DNA from: Lingula anatina
Taxonomy: Eukaryota > Animalia > Brachiopoda
Length of the DNA: 64,000 nucleotides
Assembly (NCBI GenBank): GCA_051362555.1
Contig: CM120645.1
Span: 13,764,001-13,828,000, forward strand
Direction of reading: 5' to 3'
Shown here: piece by piece, positions 26,275 to 38,674 of the stretch
Layout: every line of letters starts with the position of its first letter
How positions within the stretch are numbered: the first letter of the stretch is position 1
Program-made: the position numbers and the translations under genes
Notes under the pieces: generated by a model
The model's database searches: none
What the model saw: the letters and a program-made list of their open reading frames with translations, nothing else
What the model was told of the DNA's origin: nothing

Positions 26275-29089
26275 CCCTCGGCGCACATAAAAAAAAAATT
26301 AAACATAGACAGCCTTCTAATCGCACTCAAACTCTCTCCACTCACATTAAGCGACCTCGACAAACCCCACATCGGACATCGGTAGAAATCCACTACATGT
26401 ATAAACGCTGACGAAGTCATCGTCGTTCAGACCCCCAACGCACTGGACAGACTACGATGTTCAAAGTACCGTAGAGAGAGAGAGAGAGATGCTTTTGAAA
26501 ACGAATAAAGAATCGTTCTGGTCATTGTAATGTACTGTTAAAGCACTGTATGGCTATGCAGATATGTTGTTGCACATAATGTAAAATAAATGGATATCGA
26601 TGATACAGTAAGCAGTTGTTACTGTGCTGTGCTCCATCCAGTTCACGCGAAAAAATGGTACAATATGGTATTTGCAAAGACAATGTCATACCCTGCTTTG
26701 TATTATTTTAAGATAAAATGGTTAATTAATAATATCTATACTTTGCTAAAATTTCAAAAATGAACAAAAAATAATTGTTAGATGATGTCGTGGCTATGTA
26801 AAATTAAAACAATGTGCAGATTTTCGGTGTTTTTTTTTTTTTTTTGTCGCCTTGTCGCCTGAAACTGAATAGATTACAGCGAAACTTCGATTATCAGACG
26901 CACTGTAAAATAATGTCATATGGTTATCTATATAGCTTTTGTTTAGTGACTCAAATAGTATGTTAATAAATACAGGTAGTTCCTAGAAAGGCATTCTCAG
27001 AGTGCAGACCTCCGCCAAGGATCCTGTACTAATAGATTGTGGTAATTGAGAGCACCTCCATTGCTTAAAGTCATTGGACCTATATCGCATTTGCTATAGT
27101 ATTTTTTATATCATACTTGGATCCAGATAAGATGGTGATCCGGATCACTACCAAAATATAACACTTTTGGAAAGCCCATTGCCGACCTGCACTGACACAC
27201 GTGATTTCAAACAAAGACGATAGCGGTTACTTGAACACCCATGGTTGTGAAGGCGGCATAAATTTACAAAAACCAACGGAAGGTGACGCGTGTGATTTTG
27301 TCAAATGGTGCAAAATGATATCTACGCCTCCAACCTTGATATCAACGACACAGAGTCCATTATGCAGAATTACAGCTGTGATATCAGTGGTGACGGTACG
27401 GTAGATAATGAACTATATATTTACATGTCCAGTGAATAATGAATTGTCTCGCAATTGTACAAGCATCCCTAGCTTGATCATACAGGATATTTGAACGCGC
27501 AACAATCTTCAGATCTGAATAAACATCCAAGAAGAGTGTCAGATATCAAAGACATGATTTCAAGTTAAATACGGGTTTTGCACTGGCCGTTGAACGTGTC
27601 TGTAGAATATAAGTTAGAAAATAAGAAGGCCGACAAATATAAAATGCACACGTCATAAATGCATTAAATGTATTTCATTTATTGTAAGCTATAAGGTGTT
27701 GGATGGCAAAAATTTAATCTAGTTGTGTTTACATGAAAAGAACATTCCATCATACAAACTACAAATTAATTATCCAATAAATATAAAGAATACTTGTAAG
27801 CAATATGACTTTCAATATACACCAAGATAAATCATCGATAGACCGTTAAAATAAAATGGAAGAAAATTTCCTCGATTTTTTTTCTTCTCGTCGATACGCA
27901 AATTGTTTTTGGTAAGCAAAAGTTGTGGATGATTTTTTACTATTGTTTAAGGTCATTTTAATAAATAGATAAATGATATAATATGATGCGTATTACTGTT
28001 AATCCGTATATATAAAACCAATGTTACGGCATACTATAACAATCTTAAATTTTGAATATGCAGTTTCTAAGATAATGTTCTAACACAAGCTTAATGGTCT
28101 CATCGGCGAAGTAAGTCCAACTACAAATATGCTCTTAATTATACCCGCCATCTTTATGCTCCAAACCTAATTGTTTGATGTTTGAAGGATTACAGTAAAA
28201 TAGCACCGCGTTAGCAATCACACGGCACATAGTATTATAGCTGCATTATATATTTTAAATTATTAATATTCATTCACAACAAGTGCATATTCTAAGCACA
28301 CCATATCTTGTCAAAGAAAAAATTTTTACAGTACTCCCATTACAGTCGCACAAGGATAGCGATGTGAGAAGTATTTTCTTCAAATCTACAAATTAATAAT
28401 TGTATTGACTGATTAATTGATAAATATGCAACCTGTGGCAATAATTAAATAGCTATAGTATATACACAGATCAATAGCGCACTTTCCCATCTGTCATGTA
28501 AACGAAAGAGAAACTATAACAAGCAAGGCGCGGTGTCATTTAATTGCCACCTGCATATTTGCTCCTCTGGAAGGTGATCAACAACGTATTTGGCTCAATT
28601 TTCACAACTACAATTCAAATATATTTACAACACTGCGCCAACTTCTTCGTTTCCTAAAATACTTATATTTTCTTTTAAAACACATGGACACACACTCAGG
28701 AATACACACATAATATATATATACAGACTTGACATTTAATATGGAATATTTCAGTTTCGACGGTATACGTAGGTAAAAATGCGTTCTTTTTTTAAAAAAC
28801 TCCGATCTCACATAAGATTTATGAATGGAGAACTGTGTAGTCAGGTGTGTCGCTACCAATTAACTGACTTTCAGATCTGTTGCGCTGCTACATTATGTAA
28901 AATGCAGTGATTTAATTGGGTAGTGTTCCTTTGGGCTGGTCAAAGCTTGGCTTAGGTAAAGCTTGGTTCTGTCAAAAAAGTATCCATATGTCGACAACTA
29001 CTGCATAGAAGAATTTGAAATTTTGCATGCAAGCGGTCAGTTTTGCAGTGCGGAAGATAAGTCAAGTAGTGCATTACAATTTTTTTAAT

Positions 29090-30075
29090 CTATGGCAGAA
29101 TGGCGCAAAAAAGACAGACATTACCAGACAGATCATAGCGCCAAACAGAACGGTCCCCACAGTTTTATAGAGTAATGCCCAGACTGATGTTCCTTCACAG
29201 AGGTCACCCCCAGTGTATCAAAATCTTACCTACAGGGCACAGGACCCGCCGCCTTTCGAGATTCGCTGCTGCAACTAAACAAAAAACACTTAGTCCGTTC
29301 AGAACGAGGGGTAAATTTCCACCAAAATGCGTTTTTCAAAGCCCTTAGCGAACATCAAACTGGGTTTAGCAGGTAAAAACGCCAAACGACCTCCGAGGCA
29401 GCCACCGTAAACAGCAAAACATCGCCGTCTGTTTCTCTAATGAATTGGGGGCCATGAACGTTTCTGAGTAGAACACTGAAACTGCATGGCTGTCTTTATT
29501 GAGGTCAGATTTCACCTGTACCGCCCAATTAGTCAAAACAGAGTTTACAGATATCCAGAAGAGGCCTACGACGAAGCATATGCCGGATCTAAAGTGAAAA
29601 GGGTGATTGACAACGTTAGTATTTGGAGTGGATACCACATTGGTGCCAAAACACCAATGGTAGTCATCGACGAAAACCTGAACCAGATCAAATTAAGGAA
29701 TAATCTCGGAACCACTTGACTATCATTTGATAGGGGGCACCTTAGGAACAATTTTAGGTTGCACGGTGAGGTTGCAGGTTCACACAGAGCACTTTTAATA
29801 GCAGATAACTTACAGAACCAAGGGAATGAGCAGCTACCCTGGTCATCAAAATCGCCACATTTGAACTACATAGACAATATTTCGGTAGGTCATTACTCGC
29901 CGAATCAACTGCCTACATGTCCTACTACAAAACTGGACCAGATTGGATACTTTTAGACCGATGCCTGGAATATTATTCCAGATTGAACTCTAAAAACCTA
30001 CCCCAAGGAATGCCTTGCCGCTTGAGAGCGCCGGCAACAGCCAGAAGAGGCCAGGCGTAACAGCGACCATTACTG
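29090..30075 (+). mobile_element. Decayed Tc1/mariner transposase
   Basis: Broken-frame remnants RVYRYPEEAY, VSIWSG...KTPMVVIDENLN and LPWSSKSPHLNYIDNI (the Tc1 WPxxSPDLNPIEN motif). TIRs not confidently found. Confidence 0.7.
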
Positions 30076-30974
30076 TGACTATAGCAACTGACATGAGGAT
30101 CTTTTGTGGAACGTATAACTCTTTTACAGACGATAATTTGGAAAATATGGAGATCCAAAATATCTCTTTTAATGGAAGTCGTATGACATAGAATAGGCAA
30201 TGTGTTTTTGTTTGCTTCTCTGGCGAATTTCATTAATGAATTGATATCACAATGACATCAAAGAGATAATTTTAAGTTATTAAAACACGATTTTAATCCT
30301 TATTTTCATTTATCAGTCAGCAAAATAGGAAAAAACTGATAAAAAATTACTTGGAAAAAAATATTCCATAATAAATGTCAAGTCTGTATGATATACAATG
30401 ACATATTGTAGAGAGAGGGAGAGAAAGAAAGAGACTAAAATGCACTTTCGGAAACAATGAACTAATTTAATGAAGTCCTTTTAAGTGCAATGTCGCCATT
30501 CTGAAAATACCCCGTCTTGGTTTAACATTCAGTAGTACGTCTGCTTTACAGGAGCCCACTTCTCGTTCCTAAAAAAAAATCAAATAAAATTTACCTTATT
30601 CTTCGCATAAATCACTACTGGTCTTTCTTTTTTATTTCCTTGCATGTTATCAGGGGATATGCCATGAAAGAAATCGATAGAATCCTATTTTTGGCCACTT
30701 ACTTTCTGCATTTCCCATTTACAGGTTTGCATTACCCTCTCTTATTACAGTTATAAACAGAGTTTGTAAAAGATATATAATAATTCTGCATTGTGAATTC
30801 TTCTGCTTAAAGTAATTTATACGTGGTATAAAAAAGAGTAAAATTGTCGTGCATTATAAAATCAGAATATTATAGTATTGGCTGCTTAAGATTCCACCAT
30901 TGTGTATGGATCGATTGTAAATAGGCCAATGAATTGGAACCCTTACACTGCAAGCTAATGGTTCGACCCTCAAT

Positions 30975-31090
30975 TCACTCCTCTCCGTCTTTTTTATTGG
31001 CGTTTTTTTCCTTTTCAAAATGTTTGGAAGAATCTTCTTCTGGATTTAGTTTCGCTAAACAAGAGAAGCCTCCCGTCATCAACCGCTGGA
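30975..31090 (-). CDS. Paralog C exon 6 (last coding exon)
   Basis: tttcag| acceptor. IQRLMTGGFSCLAKLNPEEDSSKHFEKEKNANKKDGEE*; stop position shared with D. Confidence 0.8.
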
Positions 31091-31420
31091 CTGAAATAAA
31101 CAGTTCAAAAAGAAAAATGAACAAGATATAAACAACACTTTAGATAGACGAGGCATAAAAAAAACTTAATTTTGACACTACACTCATTTCTTTCATTATG
31201 CCCGGAAAAGTTTTAAACTATTGTAGTATACACATTGCATGTTTATAAATACATGAGTGTTGATGAGTTCCGTCCTTCTGTTAAGTTTAATATAAAGGCA
31301 AATGTGCATGTCAAGTCTATCTGATTAAATAAATATAGATGGTCGAATATAGTTCTTAATATTGTGGTTCCACTAGGTTCCACTTGACTCATCGTCAAAG
31401 AAAACAACAAAGTTGCATAC

Positions 31421-31523
31421 TTATATCGTGAAGTTGGGTCTTCAAAACATCCAATGTGACGTCAGTGTCAAGGCCGTGGTCTAGTAACTCCATAATTTCT
31501 TTGGCTGGTTGTTGAATGCTATC
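31421..31523 (-). CDS. Paralog C exon 5
   Basis: ttacag|...|gtatgc, 103 nt. DSIQQPAKEIMELLDHGLDTDVTLDVLKTQLHDI. Confidence 0.82.
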
Positions 31524-32169
31524 CTGTAAGGAGACCACAATGTGAATATATTTTGAAAAAAATACAGACATGAGACATCCCTTTAGGCATTCCTCCTTAA
31601 AATCTTTTAACTTGTTTACATTTTTTGCTCTTAGTAAGTAAAGTTAAAGAAGGTACATGTAGCCATGCAAAAAAAAAAAAGCATTGTATTTAAGACACCA
31701 TCGAACAGGACAAAATCCTTATTCGCTTAATAAATCAGAAATCTTACCAGATATGTTACGACACCATCCTATACTGTGTATCACAAGTCCCAACATTTAT
31801 CATTGTACTTCAAACAGTTTACACGTGACTGTGTGTATACTATTGCTTTCTATTCACATAAATTTCAGACATGTCACAATATGGCCTGAAGTAGCAGGCC
31901 TCAATTTAATTCAATCTATTAAACCCTTGAGTCCCACGGCTCATCAGAATGGAATACAGTGAGAAAATAATATTATTAATATAATGAATATTTTGTGGAT
32001 AAGAGATTCACCAAGCTTTTAGTTACTTAGATATTTTAGTATCTTAAACAGTATCAAATACATAATTTTAAAAAATGTCACTGTAACATAAGAATTTTGA
32101 AGCTGAGAGTAAATGATAAATTTAGTGCATTATTACAATCGACAATTATTGGCTTCAATCTCCACTTAC

Positions 32170-34394
32170 CTTAACGAATTTCACTATCACAGCCTTTTCC
32201 ATAAAAGCAACAGTGAGATCCTGGTGGTTGAGTTTGGCCACGTCCAGTGGGGTGTCGCCATCGTCGTCTGCCGCCTTTGCGTCTGCCCCTGCTTCCACTA
32301 GTAGTTTCACTATTTCTCTGTTACCGCGCATGCAGGCCAAGTGAAGCGGTGTCAGTTTGTACGCATCGCGGACGTCTGTGTCAGCTCCAAGCTCCAGAAG
32401 TTTCTCCACCACAGCGGGGTGTTGTTCTAGAACGGCGTGATGGAGCGGGGTTAGATCCTCTGGTGCGGAATCTGTACACTTATCGTACTTGTCAGTTAAC
32501 TTCTTTACAATGTCATCGGGTGGATCTTTTCCCCATCCTGAGTACAGCACCTTCCCGTAATCTGCCACATCTAAACTGCCTCCATTTGTCTTTACTAAGA
32601 AGTCCGCAAGAAGCTTCCTCTTGACCAGAACATAATGCCACGCAGGTCTTTCTCTATCCTTCCCGCGGACTTTATAGATCATTTTCCCTTCGTAGAGATT
32701 GCCTCGTTTGTTTATCAATCCAGTATGTGTTCTCAAAATGGCATCCAAACACTGCACTTGTCCACTGCTTGCTGCCAAGTGTGCTGGATTTTTGCCGTCG
32801 TTGTTTAGAACAGCTGGATCCGCCTTATGTTCATTTATCAAACATTTTACCACATCAACATGGCCATTTCTAGATGCTTCACACAGAGCGGTGTTCCCGT
32901 ATTTGTCTTGAATATTTGGATCAACCCTACGTGCATGATTCCTACTCAGAACGGCATCTAAATATTGTACTTGTCCACAACGTGCTGCACAGTGTGCTGG
33001 GTTTTCTCCATCATTATTGAGGATGGTTGGATCTGCACCACCTTCATCTAATAGACATTCCACGACGTCCAGGCCGGCATTATTGAGAACTGCAATATAT
33101 AGAGCAGTGTTTCCAATTTTGTTCTGAATATTGGGGTCCTCCTTATGTTCACTTATCAAATACTTTACCACATCAACATGACCATTTCTTGATGCTTCAC
33201 ACAGAGCGGTGTTCCCGTACTTGTCTTGAATATTTGGATCAATCTTACGTCCGTGATTCTTTCGCAGAATGGCATCCAAATAATGCGCTTGTCCACTACT
33301 TGCGGCACAGTGGGCTGGATTTTGTCCATCATTATTTTGAATGGTTGGATCTGCCTCACCTTCATCTAACAGACATTCCACGACATCCAGGCCGACATTA
33401 TTGAGAACTGCAATATGAAGAGCAGTGTTTCCGTTTTTGTTCTGAATATTGGGGTCCGCCTTATGTTCATTTATCAAACACATAACCACACCTACATGAC
33501 CATTTCTAGATGCTTCATACAGAGCTGTGTCCCCGTACTTGTTCTGATAATTGACATCGATTCCGTCCATTGCAGCTATTTCTTTCACTAACTCGACGTG
33601 ACGGCCCCATGCGGCACACACCAGGGTATTGCTGGTCACAGATAAACCATGGCGCTGCAGCCTGTCGTATATGTCTCTGAAGTTACCCATCGCTGCAGCA
33701 TCGAGGCACGTTATGTCTCCCATATTTGAATTCACACTTTTCTCGATGTCTATATTCGGTAGATCAGTGAGGTACTCCACCACGTCATCGTACCCCATCC
33801 TACAGGCACGACCCAGGGCTGTTTCACCAGACTCTGTGACAGCATTCAGGTCTGCACCCATTTTGAGAAGCAGCTTCACGCCATCTAGGAATCCTACACC
33901 GGCGGCATAGTGCAGTAGTGTAAAATTATTTGAGTCAGTAATATTTATCAAGTTATGGTCACGAGTGCAGATTTCTTTTAACTCATCAAGATTTCGACCC
34001 CTAACGATCTTGTGGATTGGTTTCATTTCACTCTCAAATTTTCCTAATGAATCAATTCGGTCTGTCACACTTTTGTTGTGTCTCTTCACAGCTATCTCTT
34101 TGGCAGTACAACCCTCCAGCTCACCAGGGTGAGTAGGCCTACCACTTGTGACCTGAGTGGAAAGTGTCGCCCAATCAAAATGTCTCAATATTGTGACAAC
34201 TGCATTGTTGTTATTGTGAAACGCTGCAGCATGTAGAACATTGAATCCATTTTCATCCCTGTACACAAGGACTTCGCTTCTGTCCACTTGGCGGGCAGTC
34301 CTATCCAGCTCGTACCAAAGCTTAGGCTGTGAGATAAGTGCATACAGGCGACGTAACGGATCAGGTATCACTGAAATATCTTCCGCATTTTCTG
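32170..34394 (-). CDS. Paralog C exon 4: expanded ankyrin repeats with inserted GKDR..PAWHYV..SGWG domain
   Basis: Lies within ORF 32155-34524. Acceptor tttcag| at 34395, donor |gtaagt at 32169. 2225 nt open. Confidence 0.92.
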
Positions 34395-35179
34395 CTGAAA
34401 TGAAGGAAAGGTATTTAATATAAACGTTCTTCTTTGACACAAGGAGCCATACGCTATATGCTTTATGCCTACCATGCATACTATGAAAACTGACGTGTAT
34501 TGTTTTTTTTTTTTTACGAATCATTTAATCGTGCTACTCTAAGAGCCTAACAAGGGTATTGTGTATTTAATTTCTATTTCGTTATTGATTTCCAGACCGG
34601 ACTGATTTATGTCCCAATGCTGTATTTAAGTTATCCCCCCCTTTGTCAGTTAATTACATAAATCAAGGCAAGCAGAATTTTGTTTTGTACAATGACATCA
34701 TTTTTCTTTTTAAAACCAAAACGAAATAGAGTTCTCTCATGTAATTGGAAAATGTTAATTAAACTACGTTTATTGCATAAAAAGAGATTACGTTTACCGA
34801 TACTAATTTTTCCCAAAAATATATGAGTGATGGAGAACTGTGGTTGGGTATTTCGTGTATTGTCGATATATTACTGTATTTGCTTCATATCAGACAAAAG
34901 AAATTTTTTTTAATAAAATGGAGTTCTGCAGAACATTCATTTCAATATAACGGTCACAGTAATATAATTATGAACTTGAACAGGATAGAGGGTGAAGAGG
35001 GGGCGTGGTAAATATAATAGAATTTTACATTATAATATGCATAAATCATGCACCTTTGAGTTTGTGTCAATTCCCCCTCTTGGAATTAGAACACGACAGA
35101 ATACGCTCTGGGAAGAGACATGGCAGAAAATATATACACGCTTTCATTATTATCCGTCCATGAATGTAATAGTTCTTAC

Positions 35180-35323
35180 CTTGGACCGACATGACATCCT
35201 GCAAACCATCTACATCCTTGGTATAATCTGTCTGAAAAATTCGGTTTTTGTCACCCATTTGGATATTTTGGCTTTCGGTGATGTTCATTGTCTGTATGTT
35301 GAGATTAGTCAGTTTACTTGGCA
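35180..35323 (-). CDS. Paralog C exon 3: RHIM-like motif exon (IQMG core)
   Basis: ttccag|...|gtaaga, 144 nt. VPSKLTNLNIQTMNITESQNIQMGDKNRIFQTDYTKDVDGLQDVMSVQ. Confidence 0.85.
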
Positions 35324-35491
35324 CTGGAACAACCAAATCTCATTCAGTAATTCATTCAAAAACATGTCGTTTAACATTCACGGTAGGATACCAGTTTATT
35401 GTTTAGGATGCTTCATTTAAGTGCCCAGCAACGGAGTGATAATACAGTTTTAAAACATTCACACTCGACAGCGTATATGTTTTTTACTTAC

Positions 35492-35650
35492 CTTCCACCG
35501 GACTCCAAAATTCTCCCCGGGTCTGGTTTAGAATCATCAACGCTATTCTACTATTGGTTTCTTCTGCTATGGCTTGAAAAATTTCTTCTGAAGATACCCT
35601 AGCTCCTTCACTTTCCAAAAAAACGGAAAGATGTTCATCTTCTCCATAAC
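35492..35650 (-). CDS. Paralog C exon 2: CIDE-N-like domain, second part
   Basis: ttag|...|gtaagt, 159 nt. GYGEDEHLSVFLESEGARVSSEEIFQAIAEETNSRIALMILNQTRGEFWSPVE. Confidence 0.85.
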
Positions 35651-36003
35651 CTAACAGAGACAGATTGCATATTGGAATCAAATAGAAAACCCACTGAATT
35701 TGTTGACTTATTAGCATTCGTTAGTCATTCCATATTTATGATACATGTTGGTAGTGAACTAATGAAGCCTTCATACAGCTCACGCACTTGTTACTTGGCT
35801 CACTTAATTGCATAATTTCTAACATATTCAAGGTTACAACACGCGCACACACAAACACACACTTTTTGTGTATTTAGTCTGTATTTAGGCTCCGAACCCA
35901 AGTCTCCTGAAATGATTCATTTTCTTGATTATTCTGTAATTCAACAGTGATATGTATTTCTTAAAAATCCAACCAGAAACCCCCCTTATGCAATCGTACA
36001 TAC

Positions 36004-36106
36004 CAAACAGCTCTCTAGCGTCATTAATCAACGCCTCCATTGTTGTTAACATACGCATTTCCCTCTTCTGTCGATCAAATGAGTAGATGATACAGACTCT
36101 GCCCAT
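36004..36106 (-). CDS. Paralog C exon 1: CIDE-N-like domain, first part
   Basis: ATG at 36106, donor G|gtatgt, 103 nt. MGRVCIIYSFDRQKREMRMLTTMEALINDARELF. Confidence 0.85.
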
Positions 36107-37759
36107 CTCTTTGATTAAATTTAATCTATATCAAAATACTTGTCTGAAAATAAAAAAGAACCTTTTTTTGAAATTGTACTCTGATAGCCTTGCCACAATT
36201 GTTGTTGGTGACAATGCACTTTAATGGGAATTTGAAGAGTGTATTTACTATTATAATTTAACGTACATGTGCACCAATGTGAATTGTTAACACTCGCACC
36301 TTTGTAAACTTTATGAGATGTATTTAATTTAATGTACGTTGTACACAATGTACATCGAGCATGTCTTCCTCATCCATAGATCTTTCCATAAACTGCCTTG
36401 TTGGCGGCTGAAGTATCGGTTTATTGAAATTGTACAAATACTTCTAGATGTGTAATTTTACATTTTCCATGAAAGGTATTATTTTCCTCCGATTGTGTTT
36501 ACATGCTAAATTGCACATTTCATCACATAGCCTTAATATTTGATCCAATAAAAATTTACAATACTTGCAAGCAATATGACTCATTATGTACGAAAATAAA
36601 TCACTACCTTATAAATTTATATTATTTTCTGAAAAAAGACACTATGAACTTCGTTTAACATCAGACTCAAAAATGATTTGTAGATTTTGACAATCTATAA
36701 AGGTTTAAGTGAGGCTTTCATTCAAGAATAAAGGAAAATAGAATATTTAAAGAGCATTATATATATTGCTGTTTTTCAAATTATTTCCAATAATGAAAAC
36801 TAAGGATAAAAACTTGTAAGCTATTGATGATTATAACCCCCCTTCCAGTGGCATTAAAGCTGAGTGAACTTGGTTAAAACGTTTTGTTTATTGGATAATT
36901 ATGGATGAATCAATTTATTTATGAAAAATAATTTTGGCAGGCCTCTTATGGAATTTTTTTACGTTTTGCAGAAAATATAAAAGCTGAAGAAGTATTTGAT
37001 AGTCTCTTCAAACATAACCAAGACAACAATAAAAAAGTAATTTTAATGAAAAACACAGCAGTGACAAATTAAAATTCTTTTTGAAAGCACATTAATTGCA
37101 TTACTTGAGACACCTGCTTTGAACAGGACAGGTGAGCAATGCTACCCAAGCCCCCTTTTATAGCTTATCAAATCTTTCCAATTGAGACCTCTAAAAGCAA
37201 TATATATATATATAATGGTTTTCTTAGTTTAGATAATGATTTTATTATACAAGAATTCTGACTGTATATTAATGAACTGCTACGTATAGGTCATAGTGTC
37301 CCAGTAGGGAAAACTGCTTTAAAAATAGTACACCACCATCATTAATAAAGTCGCCACTGACGCTCGAAAATCCCTTTGATAGCCATTTCCCTTAGCTAAA
37401 TACGTAAGGGCCCCTTTACACTGGACGGCGTCATTTCTGCGTCCCTTCTGCGTTCAAAAATGTGGTCAGGGCGCTCAACGGTCGCCAAAGCAATTAAATC
37501 GTGTCTCAGTGTAAAGGCGTCTGCGTCCTTTGTGCGTCCTTTGAACGACCGAATCTTGATTTTACCTGTACAATGAGCATCTGGCTGATTATCAGTCCTT
37601 GCAGATTGCTATAGTTTAAAACGTTTATGCCCATTTATTTGTTTTGTGTGCTGGAAATGTTCTTCATTGGATGACCTGGTTAGAACCGATGAAAAAAATA
37701 TGAGTTAGAATATAGAGAAGGACGCTTAAACAACGCTCATCGGTCAAGAAGGATACAGA

Positions 37760-38674
37760 ATGATCGTGGAATAGACACCACTAATCGCTGCAGAACTTGT
37801 CCAATGATATAGTCTTAGACTGGAACAACTGCCAAATAATAGAATTGTAAAGCAAGTGTACAATCTTGAGCAAGATACAAAGGGAAACACATGGACAGAA
37901 TCCATCCAATCTTTTCACTATTGTTGGGGTTTCTCCGAAGATAGCAATCCACCAAAGAAAATACATCAAATAGAAAACCTAGTAGAAAAATTGAACTTAA
38001 AAATCGAAAAACTCTTTTGGCAGGAATTAAATAGCTGGACCTCAAACAAATTAAGGACATACAAAACAATTAAAAAATCTTATGAATGTGAAAATTACAT
38101 CAAAATGAGTGTCTCCTCCTTAGATATCAAAACACTGGCAAAAATTAGACTAAGTGACCACGACCTAGCAATAGAAAGGGGCCGATACACAAACCCTAAA
38201 ACTCCTCTTGATGAGAGAAAATGTAAAACCTGCAACTGTGTAGAGGATGAAAAACACTTCCTCATGGAATGTACAAGGTACACTGTTGAAAAGCAACGAA
38301 TGCATGATGAGCTATTGAAAATCAGAGTGGTGGGTCTAGAGGACAGTGATCAGATATTGTCAATTCTCCTGAATCCACCCTGTGAAAAAAGCCTCAAAGT
38401 AATAGCAGAATTTGTAAAAACTGCTGTTAAAATACATAGTTCACCTACAATTTAGTGCATCACAGCCACTTATTGTTGATAATGCTGTGGATAGCTTAAC
38501 TAATTAATGAACCTTATAGCATAACATGCTTTAACACGTGTAATTTAAGCATAATACATGTGTAAACATATATAAATGTATATCCTTTATATATTGTGTA
38601 AATATTGTAGTCTAGTGAGCCTGCAAATGTATTCATACCATTTAGTGCTCAATAAACTTATTATTATTATTATT
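37760..38674 (+). mobile_element. 5'-truncated non-LTR retrotransposon (RTEX-like ORF2 C-terminus, 3' UTR and tail)
   Basis: KLRTYK...LAKIRLSDHDLAIERGRY...ERKCKTCNCVEDEKHFLMEC zinc knuckle. AATAAA at 38651 followed by a (TTA)n tail. Confidence 0.8.

Noticed and set aside
32113-33910. Plus-strand ORFs overlapping the ankyrin exons (also 17755-17994 and 63539-63852)
   Set aside because: Antisense shadows of the real coding frame, with no independent motifs.
34395-34524. N-terminal extension MIRKKKK... of the 789-aa ORF, and the poly-Phe end of ORF 16740-18449
   Set aside because: Both lie outside the conserved splice sites and are not shared between paralogs; they are intronic.
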